Assembly: GCA_965116965.1 (NCBI GenBank)
Contig: OZ220743.1
Coordinates: forward strand, 303,262-367,261
Direction of reading: 5' to 3'
Origin: Acidimicrobiales bacterium
Lineage (GTDB): Bacteria; Actinomycetota; Acidimicrobiia; Acidimicrobiales; Aldehydirespiratoraceae
DNA: 64,000 nt
A program made the position numbers and the translations under genes. This document shows positions 25,010 to 34,557 of this stretch, piece by piece. Position 1 is the first letter of the stretch; each line of letters starts with the position of its first letter. The notes under the pieces are model-generated. The model worked only from the letters and a program-made list of their open reading frames with translations, was not told the DNA's origin and did not search any database.

Positions 25010-26571
25010 GCCTGGTGGCCCCCCATCAGCAGGCCCAGCCGTTCCATATCGACATCGTCGCGCGCCATCGCGCCCGCGGTGCGGCCCTCCGACAGGACGA
25101 CGATGCGATCGGACAAGTCGAGGATCTCCCCAAGCTCGGACGAAACGAGCAGCACTCCGACACCGTCGGAGGCGGCGCGTCGGATCTGTCCGGTGGTGTA
25201 CTCGATCGCCCCAACGTCGAGGCCGCGGGTCGGCTGGGCCGCAACCAGCGCCAGCGGCCGGCTCGACAGCTCGCGCGCCAGCACGACTCGCTGCTGGTTG
25301 CCGCCCGACAGTGACCACATCCGGCTGTCGGGACCCTCGCACTGGATCTCGTACTCGTCTATGAGCTGCCGGGCGTGCTCAGACATCATGCTCGGATCTA
25401 GCAGCCCCCTGACCGAGACCTGCTCGGGATGCACGAGCAGCAGGTTCTCCGCAACCGTCATCTGGAGCACGATCCCGGAGTCGTGGCGGTCGGCGGGGAT
25501 GACGGCAATGCCCGCCGCGGCCATCGCGCCGGACTTGCCGGTCGGCACTGTTCGACCGTTCACGCGGACCGCTCCGGAGTGCAGCCGCGTCAGGCTGGAG
25601 AGCACATCCACGAGAGCGCTCTGCCCGTTCCCCTCGACGCCGGCGACCCCGACGATCTCGCCGGCGAATACCTCGAGGTCGAGATGATCGAGTTCATGCT
25701 GCTCGCCAACTCTCACCGTCGCCGATTCGATCGTCAGCACGGGCTCGTCATGCTCGATCGGCCTCTCGCCGCTCCGCGGCGCGGCTTGCAGGGCTCCGTC
25801 GGATCGCAGCGCGACCGGCCGGCCGACCATGGCCCGAGCCAACTCGGCGGCATTGGTCTCGGCAGTGACCAGCCGTTCCACGACTGCGCCCCGACGCATG
25901 ATCGTGGCGGTGTCGGTGGCCTGCAGGACCTCGTCGAGCTTGTGGGACACGAGAGCGACGGCACGGCCTTCATCGGTCACCACTCGCCGTAGAGAATCGA
26001 AGAGTTGGAAGGACTCTTCCGGGGTGAGCACGGATGTCGGCTCGTCGAAGATGAGCACCGACGGGTCGCGCCGCAGGCACTTGATGATCTCGACTCGCTG
26101 CTGCAACGCCGCCGGAAGGTTGCCGACGGTTGCGTAGGGGTCGATGTCGAGACCGAAGTGGTCGCTGATCTCGCCGACCCGGGCCCGCACGGCGCGCGGA
26201 TCGAGCCTCCCGGGCTCGCCCAGGGCCACGTTCTCCCAGACGGACAGTGCATCGACCAGGCTGAAGTGCTGATGCACCATGCCCAGGCCGAGGGTCGCAG
26301 CCTCGACGGGGTCGAGGATTTCTTGACGCTCGCCGTGAACGTAGATCTCGCCCGCGTCAGGGGTCACCAAGCCGATGAGGATCTTCATCAGCGTGGACTT
26401 CCCCGCCCCGTTCTCGCCCAGCAAGCCGTGGATCCGGCCCCGCTGAAGGCTGAAGTCGACACGGTCGCAGGCCACGACCGCGCCGAAGCGCTTCATGACC
26501 CCGACCATGCGAACCGCGACGGGAGGGTCCGCCTCGGTCCCTCCCGCCGCGTCGAACGTCCGCGCCTGCAC
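25006..26571 (-). CDS. ABC transporter ATP-binding protein (duplicated NBD)
   Basis: Two Walker A/signature sets (GENGAGKST ... LSGGNQQR). The GTG at 26571 lies just downstream of the SBP stop. Confidence 0.88.
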   Translation of the reverse strand: MQARTFDAAGGTEADPPVAVRMVGVMKRFGAVVACDRVDFSLQRGRIHGLLGENGAGKSTLMKILIGLVTPDAGEIYVHGERQEILDPVEAATLGLGMVHQHFSLVDALSVWENVALGEPGRLDPRAVRARVGEISDHFGLDIDPYATVGNLPAALQQRVEIIKCLRRDPSVLIFDEPTSVLTPEESFQLFDSLRRVVTDEGRAVALVSHKLDEVLQATDTATIMRRGAVVERLVTAETNAAELARAMVGRPVALRSDGALQAAPRSGERPIEHDEPVLTIESATVRVGEQHELDHLDLEVFAGEIVGVAGVEGNGQSALVDVLSSLTRLHSGAVRVNGRTVPTGKSGAMAAAGIAVIPADRHDSGIVLQMTVAENLLLVHPEQVSVRGLLDPSMMSEHARQLIDEYEIQCEGPDSRMWSLSGGNQQRVVLARELSSRPLALVAAQPTRGLDVGAIEYTTGQIRRAASDGVGVLLVSSELGEILDLSDRIVVLSEGRTAGAMARDDVDMERLGLLMGGHQA

Positions 26572-26575
26572 CAAC

Positions 26576-27814
26576 TCAGCCGCCGGGGTAGGCCTCCGCT
26601 TTGATCTGCCCGATGGCGGCGGCCAACTCGCCGCTGGCCACCGTGGCGAACGCGGCGTCAAGGGCTCCCTGCAACTCCGGCGAATCGCACAGGGCCGCGC
26701 CAACGACGTCAGGATCGGTGGCGGCCGTGAACACCCGGACCGATCCCTCGGGGAAGTCGCCCGCCACGATGTCCGTGAACACGATCCGGACGTAGTCGCC
26801 GGGGTCGAAGCGAACGGTCATGTCGTAGGGGATCTCGCTGTCGCAGGCGCGCGGCGAGCCCGGGTTCGAGACGATCAGCCCGGCGTCCACTGCCAGCTGC
26901 GCCACCGGCTCGAGAGCGCCGCCCAGGAAGGGATAGACCGCATCGGCGCCTTCGGCGACGGCTGCGTCGAACGCGGCGGTGGCGTTGGCCACGTTGTCGA
27001 AGTCGAACGGGAAGTCCCCGGTCTGGGTGTAGGTCACCGTGTAGCTCTCGTCGACCGCCGCCATTCCGAGCTTGATCGCCAGGACCATTTCCTTCTCGAA
27101 GCCGAGGTCGCAGCATCCGATGATGGCGAGGCTGTCGCCGCCGCGTGCCTTGAGGAGCTCGCCGAATGCGACGCCTGCGGTGTAGTGGATGCCGCTGCCC
27201 TCGTCCTGAGTCTGCGAATAGAACTCGGACTCGGTGAAGCCGGCGCCGCAGTTGCAGTACCAGTAGATCTCAGGGTACTTCTCGGCCACCTCGGGCAGGT
27301 TGCCAGCCAGACCGCTCGCGCCGACCATGATGATGTCCACAGGCTGGTTCGCGAGGTTCTCAAGTTCGACGGCTGCCTCCTCGAACGTGATCTCGTCAAC
27401 GACGATGACCTCGCCGAAGCCGTTGGCGGCGGAGAGTTCCTCGGCCTGATCTACGAGGCCCTGGTAGTACCCGCCGTCGTCGCGGGGCCCTTGGGCGGCG
27501 ATGCCGATCCGCACCACGCCGTCGCCGTTGGCGTCGAACAACTCAACCAGGGGGTCGACTTGCTCCTCCATCGGCTCCTCGTCAGCCATCGGCTCCTCGT
27601 CAGCCATCGGCTCCTCGTCAGCCATCGGCTCCTCGTCGACCATGGGTGCTTCGTCTTCCTCGGCGGCCGTAGGCGCCTCATCTGTTGGGGCAGGAGCGGC
27701 GTCGGTCGCCGCGGCCGGCTCGTCAGCCGCGTCGTCATCGTCGCCACAGGATGCGGCGATCAGCCCGAACACCGCCATCACGGCCACCAACCAGTTGATC
27801 GTAGATCTCCTCAT
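26576..27814 (-). CDS. BMP-family ABC substrate-binding lipoprotein
   Basis: Signal peptide with lipobox LIAASC, an acidic linker with four DEEPMA units, then a BMP (basic membrane protein/PnrA-like) fold pattern. Confidence 0.8.
   Translation of the reverse strand: MRRSTINWLVAVMAVFGLIAASCGDDDDAADEPAAATDAAPAPTDEAPTAAEEDEAPMVDEEPMADEEPMADEEPMADEEPMEEQVDPLVELFDANGDGVVRIGIAAQGPRDDGGYYQGLVDQAEELSAANGFGEVIVVDEITFEEAAVELENLANQPVDIIMVGASGLAGNLPEVAEKYPEIYWYCNCGAGFTESEFYSQTQDEGSGIHYTAGVAFGELLKARGGDSLAIIGCCDLGFEKEMVLAIKLGMAAVDESYTVTYTQTGDFPFDFDNVANATAAFDAAVAEGADAVYPFLGGALEPVAQLAVDAGLIVSNPGSPRACDSEIPYDMTVRFDPGDYVRIVFTDIVAGDFPEGSVRVFTAATDPDVVGAALCDSPELQGALDAAFATVASGELAAAIGQIKAEAYPGG
27569..27640. repeat. 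18-bp tandem repeat x4 (catcggctcctcgtcagc) inside the SBP linker
   Basis: Three perfect copies plus one with 2 changes. It encodes the EEPMAD repeats on the minus strand. Confidence 0.9.
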
Positions 27815-27854
27815 GGGTTTCCCTCCCGTGTTTGAAACCGTGTTGCGCGCCGTT

Positions 27855-27869
27855 GTCTGACAATCAGAC
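27855..27869. promoter_or_regulatory. perfect palindrome GTCTGA-CAA-TCAGAC upstream of the ABC operon
   Basis: A 6-3-6 inverted repeat about 40 nt upstream of the SBP start codon at 27814. Confidence 0.25.
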
Positions 27870-27952
27870 CCATCGACGCGCGAACGTTAGCATCGGCCCA
27901 TCTTGACTGTCTCGCCGGGTCGGCGGCACGCCTTCGACGTCGGCGAGGGCCA

Positions 27953-29548
27953 CTACCCGTCCAGCGCGGCCTTCTCGGTGAGCAGGAACTTGCGGATCTT
28001 GCCGACGCTGGTGCGGGGCAACTCGTCGATCAGAGTGATGGCCACTGGATGCTTCGCCTTGGCCAGGCGCTCGATGCACCAGGCGTCGAGTTCACCGATG
28101 GAGGGAGGCGCCGAAGCGTCGGCCGCGACCACGAACGCCACCGGCACCTCGTCGCGGATCTCGTCGAGGCGGCCCACCACCGCGGCCTCCAGCACGGCAG
28201 GATGCTCGGCCAGGGTGGACTCGACCTCGACTATCGAGACGTTCTCGCCCGACACCTTGAGCACGTCCGAGCGGCGGCCGTCGAAGTAGTGGCGTCCGGT
28301 GTCGTCGCGCGCCGCCCGATCGCCGGTGAGGAACCAGCCGTCCCGGAAGCTGGCCGCGGTGACGTCGGGCGCGTCGAGGTAGCCCGCGAACAGGGTGAGG
28401 CCCGGCTCGCCCCCCACGACCACCTCGCCCACAACCCCCGGATCCACCGAGTGCCCGGCCGCGTCCTGCACATCCACCGCACAGCCCTCAGAGACCCGGC
28501 CCATCGATGCGTGGTGCGGGTCGGCGGCCTCGTCGGTGAGGACCGCTGGGATGGTCTCGGTCATGCCGTAGAGCTGGCGGGGCCGGCAGCCGAACCATCC
28601 AGCCACGGTCTCGTACTGGTCGGCCGCGATGTTCTGTGCATACCAGCAGTGACGCAGGCGCAGGCCGTCGACGGGGCTGCCGCGGGCCAGGATCATGCGG
28701 ATGGGGGCGGCAAACAGGCTGGCACAGGTGGCCGAGTGGCGGGCCGCGGCGGGCAGGAACCCCGACGCGGAGAAGGCCGGCATCAGGGCCACGCTGGCCC
28801 CGGTCCAGACGACCGACGCGAACGAGTAGTACTGCGCGTTGGCGTGGAACAGGGGCAGCACCACCAGCTGGCGATCGTCGGGAGCGAGCCCGGCCGCCTC
28901 CGCCATGACCTTGCCCGCGAACGCGTAGTTGGCCTGGGTCACCTCCACACCCTTGGGCCGTCCGGTGGTGCCTGACGTGAACATCACCGCGGCCCTGTCT
29001 CGCAGACCGGCCTCCGGTCGCTCAGCGGCGGCCAGGGGCGTGGCGTCGAACGGCGCCAGCGTGGCGTCGGCCTCGTCGATCTCGATGACGGGCAGATCTC
29101 TCTGGCCCGCCGCGGCAGCCGCGGCCCGGTAAGTGCCGGCCCTGGCCCCGGCGCACAACCCCACCGCGGGACGGGTGCGCTCGATATGGCCGGCCAACTC
29201 GAGGGTGCGCCCCATCGGGTCCGACGGCACGATCCACGCATCCAGCCGGGAGGCGGCCAGCCACACCGCCACGAACGTCGGCGAGTTGGTCAGGGCGAGA
29301 TGCATGGCCGCACCGGGCTCAGCGCCCAGCGTGGTCAACGTCCCGGCCACCCGGTCCACCACCTCGTCGAAGTCCCCGTAGCTCCAACTGGCCGCGGCTC
29401 CCGACGGTGGTTCGAAGACCAGGAACGTCTCGTCGGCGTGTGCGGCCACCGCCCGCTCCCACGCCGACGCGAAGGACACGGGCTCAGCCCACCTGCTCAC
29501 GGCACCCTTCGAACATTCTGTGTGCAGATACGCCGCCCACAGCGACAT
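27953..29548 (-). CDS. AMP-dependent acyl-CoA synthetase/ligase
   Basis: MFTSGTTGRPKGV, GWFLTGD and PRTSVGKIRK motifs. Confidence 0.9.
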   Translation of the reverse strand: MSLWAAYLHTECSKGAVSRWAEPVSFASAWERAVAAHADETFLVFEPPSGAAASWSYGDFDEVVDRVAGTLTTLGAEPGAAMHLALTNSPTFVAVWLAASRLDAWIVPSDPMGRTLELAGHIERTRPAVGLCAGARAGTYRAAAAAAGQRDLPVIEIDEADATLAPFDATPLAAAERPEAGLRDRAAVMFTSGTTGRPKGVEVTQANYAFAGKVMAEAAGLAPDDRQLVVLPLFHANAQYYSFASVVWTGASVALMPAFSASGFLPAAARHSATCASLFAAPIRMILARGSPVDGLRLRHCWYAQNIAADQYETVAGWFGCRPRQLYGMTETIPAVLTDEAADPHHASMGRVSEGCAVDVQDAAGHSVDPGVVGEVVVGGEPGLTLFAGYLDAPDVTAASFRDGWFLTGDRAARDDTGRHYFDGRRSDVLKVSGENVSIVEVESTLAEHPAVLEAAVVGRLDEIRDEVPVAFVVAADASAPPSIGELDAWCIERLAKAKHPVAITLIDELPRTSVGKIRKFLLTEKAALDG

Positions 29549-29573
29549 GTCTGCACAGAAAACGCGTGGGGGA

Positions 29574-31178
29574 TCACGAGTCCGGCTGCCCGTAGCCGCC
29601 GCCTCCGGGCAGTTCCAGGCGCACGGTGTCGCCGGGCTGGAGCGTTATGCGGGTCTGGGTGGTCACCGGCTCGCCGTTCACCTGGAACGACCCCGGCGCG
29701 CCCGGCGCGCCCCCGAAGATGCCCTGGGGCGGCTCGGTCAGGCGGCTGGTCACCGCGTTGAGCTGCCAGGGCCGGGCCGTGTCCACCTCGAATTCGATCA
29801 CCTGGCCCAGCCCGCCCGGCTGGGCTCCGCCGCCGCCCGAGCCTGGGCGCAGCGCCTTGCGCAGGAACCGGACCGGGGCCGACGCCTCCACCACCTCGAT
29901 GGGCACCGCCGACACCCCGGTGGGGTACGAGCAGGCGTCGAGACCGGGCTTCGTGGCCCGGGCGCCCACACCACCCGCGTAGGTGAACATGGCGGTGATG
30001 AACGGCGACCCGTCGTCGTGGTGGCCGTTCACCTGCATGGTCCACACCGCGCCTGCGCCCTCGGCCATGGCGCCTGAGGGCTTCACCCGGGCCAGAGCCT
30101 TGAGCAGCGCATTGGGCAGGAACATCCCCACCACATGACGGGCCGTGCCCGGCTGCGGGGGCGCCGCGTGCACCACCGATCCCTCCGGGGCCCTAATCTT
30201 GATGGGCGCCAGGCTGCCGTGGTTGTTGGGTATGTCGGGGTTGAGGACCGAGCGGACCGTGAAGGTGGTGTAGGCGTGGGTGTAGTTGCGGACCACGTTG
30301 ATCCCCCAGGGACTGGCCTCGCTGGAGCCCTCGTAGTCCACCGTGATCTCCCCGGCCTCGGGGTCGACATGCATGGTGCACACGATGTCGACCCGGCTCC
30401 CGTCGGCCAGATCGAGCACCGCCGACGCGTCGTAGGCGCCGGCGTCCAGCTCGCGGATGGTGGCCCTGGTGGCGGCCTCGGACCGCTCGATGATCTCGTC
30501 GGCCAGATCCTCTATGTCGTCGAGGCCGTGGGTGTCGCACAGCGTGGCCAGCCGCTGCGCCCCCACCTCGCCCGAGGCCATCTGGGCATGGAGGTCGCCG
30601 GCCATGTGATCCGGCTGGCGGACATTCGACAGGATGAACTTCCAGACGTCGGCGTTGCGCTCCGAGCCTCCGGAGCCGTCGCCCCGCATCAGCCTGCATA
30701 TCGGGATCCAGAGCCCCTCCTCGAAGCAGTCCCGACCACCGGCGCCGATGCCGTAGCCACCGACGTCGGTGTGGTGGATGGTGGAGCCGAACAGGGCGAT
30801 CAGCCGGGGCTCGCCCCCGCCCGCCGGTACCCGCCAGGCCGGCACCAGCACGGTCACGTCGAGGAGCTGGCCCGCGGTCTTGTACGGATCGTTGGTGATG
30901 AGCACGTCGCCGGGCACCAGCGACTCGACCGGATACTCCTCGAGCATGGCGGCTGCGCCGAGGGCCAGGCTGTTGATGTGGCCCGGTGTTCCCGTCACCG
31001 CTTGGGCCACCATGCGACCACGCCGGTCGAACACCGCGTTGGCCAGATCTCCGGCCTCGCGCACGATGGGGCTGAACGCGGCCCGCTGAAGAGCTCGGGC
31101 TTGCTCGTTCACCGTGGAGATCAACGACTGCCACAGGATCTCCAGCTCCACCGGATCGAAGGCGCGAACCTCAGTCAC
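29574..31178 (-). CDS. hyuB: hydantoinase B/oxoprolinase family protein
   Basis: The N-terminus DPVELEILWQSLISTVNEQARALQRAAFSPIVREAGD is typical of HyuB. AGGAGG lies upstream of the GTG. Confidence 0.88.
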   Translation of the reverse strand: MTEVRAFDPVELEILWQSLISTVNEQARALQRAAFSPIVREAGDLANAVFDRRGRMVAQAVTGTPGHINSLALGAAAMLEEYPVESLVPGDVLITNDPYKTAGQLLDVTVLVPAWRVPAGGGEPRLIALFGSTIHHTDVGGYGIGAGGRDCFEEGLWIPICRLMRGDGSGGSERNADVWKFILSNVRQPDHMAGDLHAQMASGEVGAQRLATLCDTHGLDDIEDLADEIIERSEAATRATIRELDAGAYDASAVLDLADGSRVDIVCTMHVDPEAGEITVDYEGSSEASPWGINVVRNYTHAYTTFTVRSVLNPDIPNNHGSLAPIKIRAPEGSVVHAAPPQPGTARHVVGMFLPNALLKALARVKPSGAMAEGAGAVWTMQVNGHHDDGSPFITAMFTYAGGVGARATKPGLDACSYPTGVSAVPIEVVEASAPVRFLRKALRPGSGGGGAQPGGLGQVIEFEVDTARPWQLNAVTSRLTEPPQGIFGGAPGAPGSFQVNGEPVTTQTRITLQPGDTVRLELPGGGGYGQPDS

Positions 31179-31343
31179 CGCTCGGCCTCCTGCGCCAGCC
31201 CCGCGGACAGGTGCAAGCGCCTCGCGTCGCAGCGTGGTGTTTCCCGCTCTTGTTCGCTGCGCTCACGGGCCGCTCGGGCCACGACCTCGCTCGATGTCTC
31301 GCGGAGATTCCCATGGACTGCCTACTACCCGCTCGGCCTCCTG
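31178..31343 (+). repeat. dispersed intergenic repeat, copy B, bracketed by a 15-bp direct repeat
   Basis: Core at 31224-31287. ccgctcggcctcctg occurs at both 31178-31192 and 31329-31343. Confidence 0.85.
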
Positions 31344-33412
31344 GTCGCCACCAGGCTCCCGTCGGACGCCACCTCCGCTTCCCAGCCCGGCCGGATCACG
31401 GTGGTGGTCTCGCGCTCCTCCACGATGGCCGGGCCCGCGAACGTCGCTCCCACGCCCAGATCCTGCCGCCGGTACACGGGCACATCAACCGCGGCGGCGC
31501 CCCGCGCGAACACCACCGGACGCCACGACACGGGCTCGGCCGCGCCGGCCTCACCGGTGGCCCCGGCGTCCGGGCGCACCTGAACCTTCTCGGCGTAGGC
31601 CGACAGCCGCCAGGTCACCGCCTCGACGGCCACATCGGGAATGGTCATGCCGTAGATCCGCCGGTATTCCGATTCGAAGGCGGACCGCACGTCTGTCTCG
31701 TCGGCGGGCCAGGCCTCGCCCGTGCCCACCCAGACCGTGATCTCGTTGCCCTGGCCCGAGTACCGGGCGTCGAGCCCGTAACGGAAGCGCACGTCGGCCG
31801 CCGGCACGCCGGCAGCCGAGAGGACCCTGCGCCCTTCGCCTCGCAGTTCGTCGAGGAGCCCGTCCCGCTCGGCGATGTCCACGCCTTCGAGCAGGCGCGG
31901 CATCGAACGGGCCAGATCGATGCGCACCGGCGACACCAGCGTCCCGAACGCGGAGAGCACGCTGGCGTTGACCGGGAAGATCACCCGGTCGCTCTCCAGA
32001 AGATCGGCCACACCGCAAGCGTGAACCGGCCCGGCGCCGCCGAAGGCCAGAATGGTCACGCCGCGAAGATCCACCCCCTGCTCCACCCCGTGCATGCGGG
32101 CGGCAGCAGCCATGTTCTGGTTGACGACCTCGTGGATCCCCGCGGCCGTGTCCACCGGTGACAGTCCCAGACCCTCGGCCTGACGAGCGGTCGCGGCAGA
32201 CGCCGCGGCCGCGTCGAGGGGCATGTCGCCTCCGAGGAAGGCGTCGGGATCGAGCAGTCCGAGCACTACGTCGGCGTCGGTCACCGCGGCCGTGGCGCCG
32301 CCCCGACCGTAGGAGGCGGGACCGGGGTCGGCCCCGGCGGACTCCGGCCCGACTTTCAGCAGACCGAACCGGTCGAGACGGGCCAGCGATCCACCGCCGG
32401 CGCCGATCTCGACCAGGTCGACCGACGGCACCGAAACCGGGAAGCCCGACCCCTTCTTGAACCGGTAGATCCTGGCTACCTCGAAGGTGTTGGTGAGTGC
32501 AGGCTCGCCGTTCTCGATCAGGCAGGCCTTGGCCGTGGTGCCGCCCATGTCGAAGCACAGCAGCCGCTCGGAGCCGAGGCGGTTCGCGTACCACGTGCCG
32601 GCCAGGGCCCCCGCGGCCGGCCCCGACTCCACCAGGCGGATCGGGCCCCGGGCCGCGTCGTCGGCCGACACCACGCCTCCGTTGGACAGCATCATCAGCA
32701 CCGCCCCGCCGAAGCCCTCCGCCGACAGCCACTTCTGCAGCTCGTCGAGGTAGGGGCCGATCACCGGCATGGTGGCTGCGTTGCAGGCCGCGGTGATCAT
32801 GCGGGGGTATTCGCGGATCTGCGGGGAGATCTCGGCGGAGATGCATACCGGCACCCCGAGTTGGTCGCGGAGATGCTCGGCCACGGCCTGCTCGTTGGCC
32901 GGGTTGACGTAGGAGTTGAGCAGGCACACCGCCACGGACTCCACGGCCGCGCCGGCCAGCTGCGAGCCCAGCCGGTCGAGGTCGGCGGCCGACGGCTCGG
33001 CCAGCACGGCGCCGGCAGCCGACGTGCGCTCGTCGATCTCGAAGGTGAGATCCCGACCGATGGGGGGATCGGGGAACTCGATCTGAAGGTCGTACATGTC
33101 GTAGCGGTGTTCGTCGCGGATCAGCAGCGTGTCGCCGAAACCCGTCGTCGTCACCAGCCCGGCCCGACCGGTGCGGCCCTCGATCAGGGCATTGGTGATG
33201 AGGGTGGTGGCGTGCACGATGGGCGCGGTGATCTCCGCCGGTGTGACCTGCGCCTTGGACAGGAGCTGGGCGACGCCGGCCCGCACGCCCTCCAGGGGCG
33301 CGGCCGGGGTGGTGAGGGTCTTGTCCACCACCACCCGGCCCGACCGGGTGTCGAGCAGCACCACATCGGTGAAGGTCCCGCCAATGTCGACGGCCAGCCG
33401 CCAGTCAGCCAT
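31325..33412 (-). CDS. hyuA: hydantoinase A/oxoprolinase family protein
   Basis: The ATG at 33412 gives MADWRLAVDIGGTFTDVVLLD. The upstream part of the listed ORF is repeat DNA. Confidence 0.88.
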   Translation of the reverse strand: MADWRLAVDIGGTFTDVVLLDTRSGRVVVDKTLTTPAAPLEGVRAGVAQLLSKAQVTPAEITAPIVHATTLITNALIEGRTGRAGLVTTTGFGDTLLIRDEHRYDMYDLQIEFPDPPIGRDLTFEIDERTSAAGAVLAEPSAADLDRLGSQLAGAAVESVAVCLLNSYVNPANEQAVAEHLRDQLGVPVCISAEISPQIREYPRMITAACNAATMPVIGPYLDELQKWLSAEGFGGAVLMMLSNGGVVSADDAARGPIRLVESGPAAGALAGTWYANRLGSERLLCFDMGGTTAKACLIENGEPALTNTFEVARIYRFKKGSGFPVSVPSVDLVEIGAGGGSLARLDRFGLLKVGPESAGADPGPASYGRGGATAAVTDADVVLGLLDPDAFLGGDMPLDAAAASAATARQAEGLGLSPVDTAAGIHEVVNQNMAAAARMHGVEQGVDLRGVTILAFGGAGPVHACGVADLLESDRVIFPVNASVLSAFGTLVSPVRIDLARSMPRLLEGVDIAERDGLLDELRGEGRRVLSAAGVPAADVRFRYGLDARYSGQGNEITVWVGTGEAWPADETDVRSAFESEYRRIYGMTIPDVAVEAVTWRLSAYAEKVQVRPDAGATGEAGAAEPVSWRPVVFARGAAAVDVPVYRRQDLGVGATFAGPAIVEERETTTVIRPGWEAEVASDGSLVATRRPSG

Positions 33413-33441
33413 ACCGGAGGCCGAGCTTGCGAGGCCCCATG

Positions 33442-33613
33442 GGCCTGAGCGGCCCGTGAGCGAAGCGAACAAGAGCGGGCAACAGGCCTGAGCGGCCCGT
33501 GAGCGAAGCGAACAAGAGCGGGCAACAGGCCTGAGCGGCCCGTGAGCGAAGCGAACAAGAGCGGGCAACAGGCCTGAGCGGCCCGTGAGCGAAGCGAACA
33601 GGAGCGGGAGACA
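33442..33613 (-). repeat. tandem array, 4 x 43 bp, of the dispersed repeat core
   Basis: Unit ggcctgagcggcccgtgagcgaagcgaacaagagcgggcaaca at 33442, 33485, 33528 and 33571; the last copy is degenerate. Confidence 0.95.
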
Positions 33614-33621
33614 AGCGGCGG

Positions 33622-34020
33622 TCAGCCCGTGTCGGCCAGGTCGGAGCGGGGTGGGGCGAACACGTCGAGGATCCAGCACTCGCCGTAGACGTCGTCACCG
33701 ATGAACACCGAGTCGCCGTGCCACACCGAGCGGGGCGCCAGGTAGGAATCGCCCTCGCTGAGCACGGTGCGCTCGTCGTTGGCTCCGTCGGGACCGATGC
33801 GGAAATCGAGCTTGCCCCGCATGATGACGCCGAGTTGCTCGTTCTCGGTGTGGTTGTGCAGCACCGAGCCGGTCGCACCCCCGGCGATGCGCCAGAAGCA
33901 GAGTTGCAGGTGCTCGCCGGTTATCACCCGGCGCCTGAAACCGGGGCGGGCGGTCTCGACGAAGGCGTCGTCGTCGAGGAAGTAGCAGTAGGGGTTGCCG
34001 AGGCTCTCGGCGACGCTCAT
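33622..34020 (-). CDS. cupin domain protein
   Basis: 132 aa with the GSVLHNHTENEQLGVIMRG ... WHGD cupin motifs. Confidence 0.75.
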   Translation of the reverse strand: MSVAESLGNPYCYFLDDDAFVETARPGFRRRVITGEHLQLCFWRIAGGATGSVLHNHTENEQLGVIMRGKLDFRIGPDGANDERTVLSEGDSYLAPRSVWHGDSVFIGDDVYGECWILDVFAPPRSDLADTG

Positions 34021-34053
34021 GGTGGGCGCTCCTTTAGATGCACGGGAGAGGAG

Positions 34054-34527
34054 TCATCCGAGGGCGGCAAACCGCTCTCGGTCGGCGTCGAGGTCGAGCG
34101 GGCGGATGATGGCCTCGTGCTCCTCGTCCCCCCAGTACTGCGAGGGCACCAGCCACATCACCTCGAATTCCAAGCCGTCGGGGTCCTTGGCGTAGAGGCT
34201 CTTGTTGGGGCCATGGTCGCTCTGGCCCACCAGGGCGTCGGCCGCGATCAGCCGCTCACGCATCTCGACCAGCTCGTCGAGGCTGCCGACCTCCCAGGCG
34301 ATGTGGTACAGGCCGACGGTGCTCTGGCCGGCCTGGGAGGCGCCCGCACCCTCGCCTATCGAGAAGAACACGATGTCGTGGTGGTTCTCCGAGAGCGGCG
34401 CCCGCATGAAGACGTAGGCGCCGGGCCCGTCGATCACGGTCGTGAAGCCGAGCACGTCGGCGTAGAACCTCTGGTGGCGGCGGGCATCGCGCACGTAGAG
34501 AACCGCGTGGTTCATTCCGGAGATCAT
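34054..34527 (-). CDS. VOC (glyoxalase/bleomycin-resistance/extradiol dioxygenase) family protein
   Basis: MNHAVLYVRDARRHQRFYADVLGF ... GLYHIAWEV ... DPDGLEFEV. Confidence 0.82.
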   Translation of the reverse strand: MISGMNHAVLYVRDARRHQRFYADVLGFTTVIDGPGAYVFMRAPLSENHHDIVFFSIGEGAGASQAGQSTVGLYHIAWEVGSLDELVEMRERLIAADALVGQSDHGPNKSLYAKDPDGLEFEVMWLVPSQYWGDEEHEAIIRPLDLDADRERFAALG

Positions 34528-34557
34528 CGCTTCGACGATACGTCCGGACTGCAGCCG

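Noticed and set aside
33442-33613. Possible CRISPR array, because of regularly spaced identical repeats.
   Set aside because: The 43-bp units abut directly with no unique spacers, no cas genes are nearby, and the same core occurs singly elsewhere. This is a tandemly amplified dispersed repeat.
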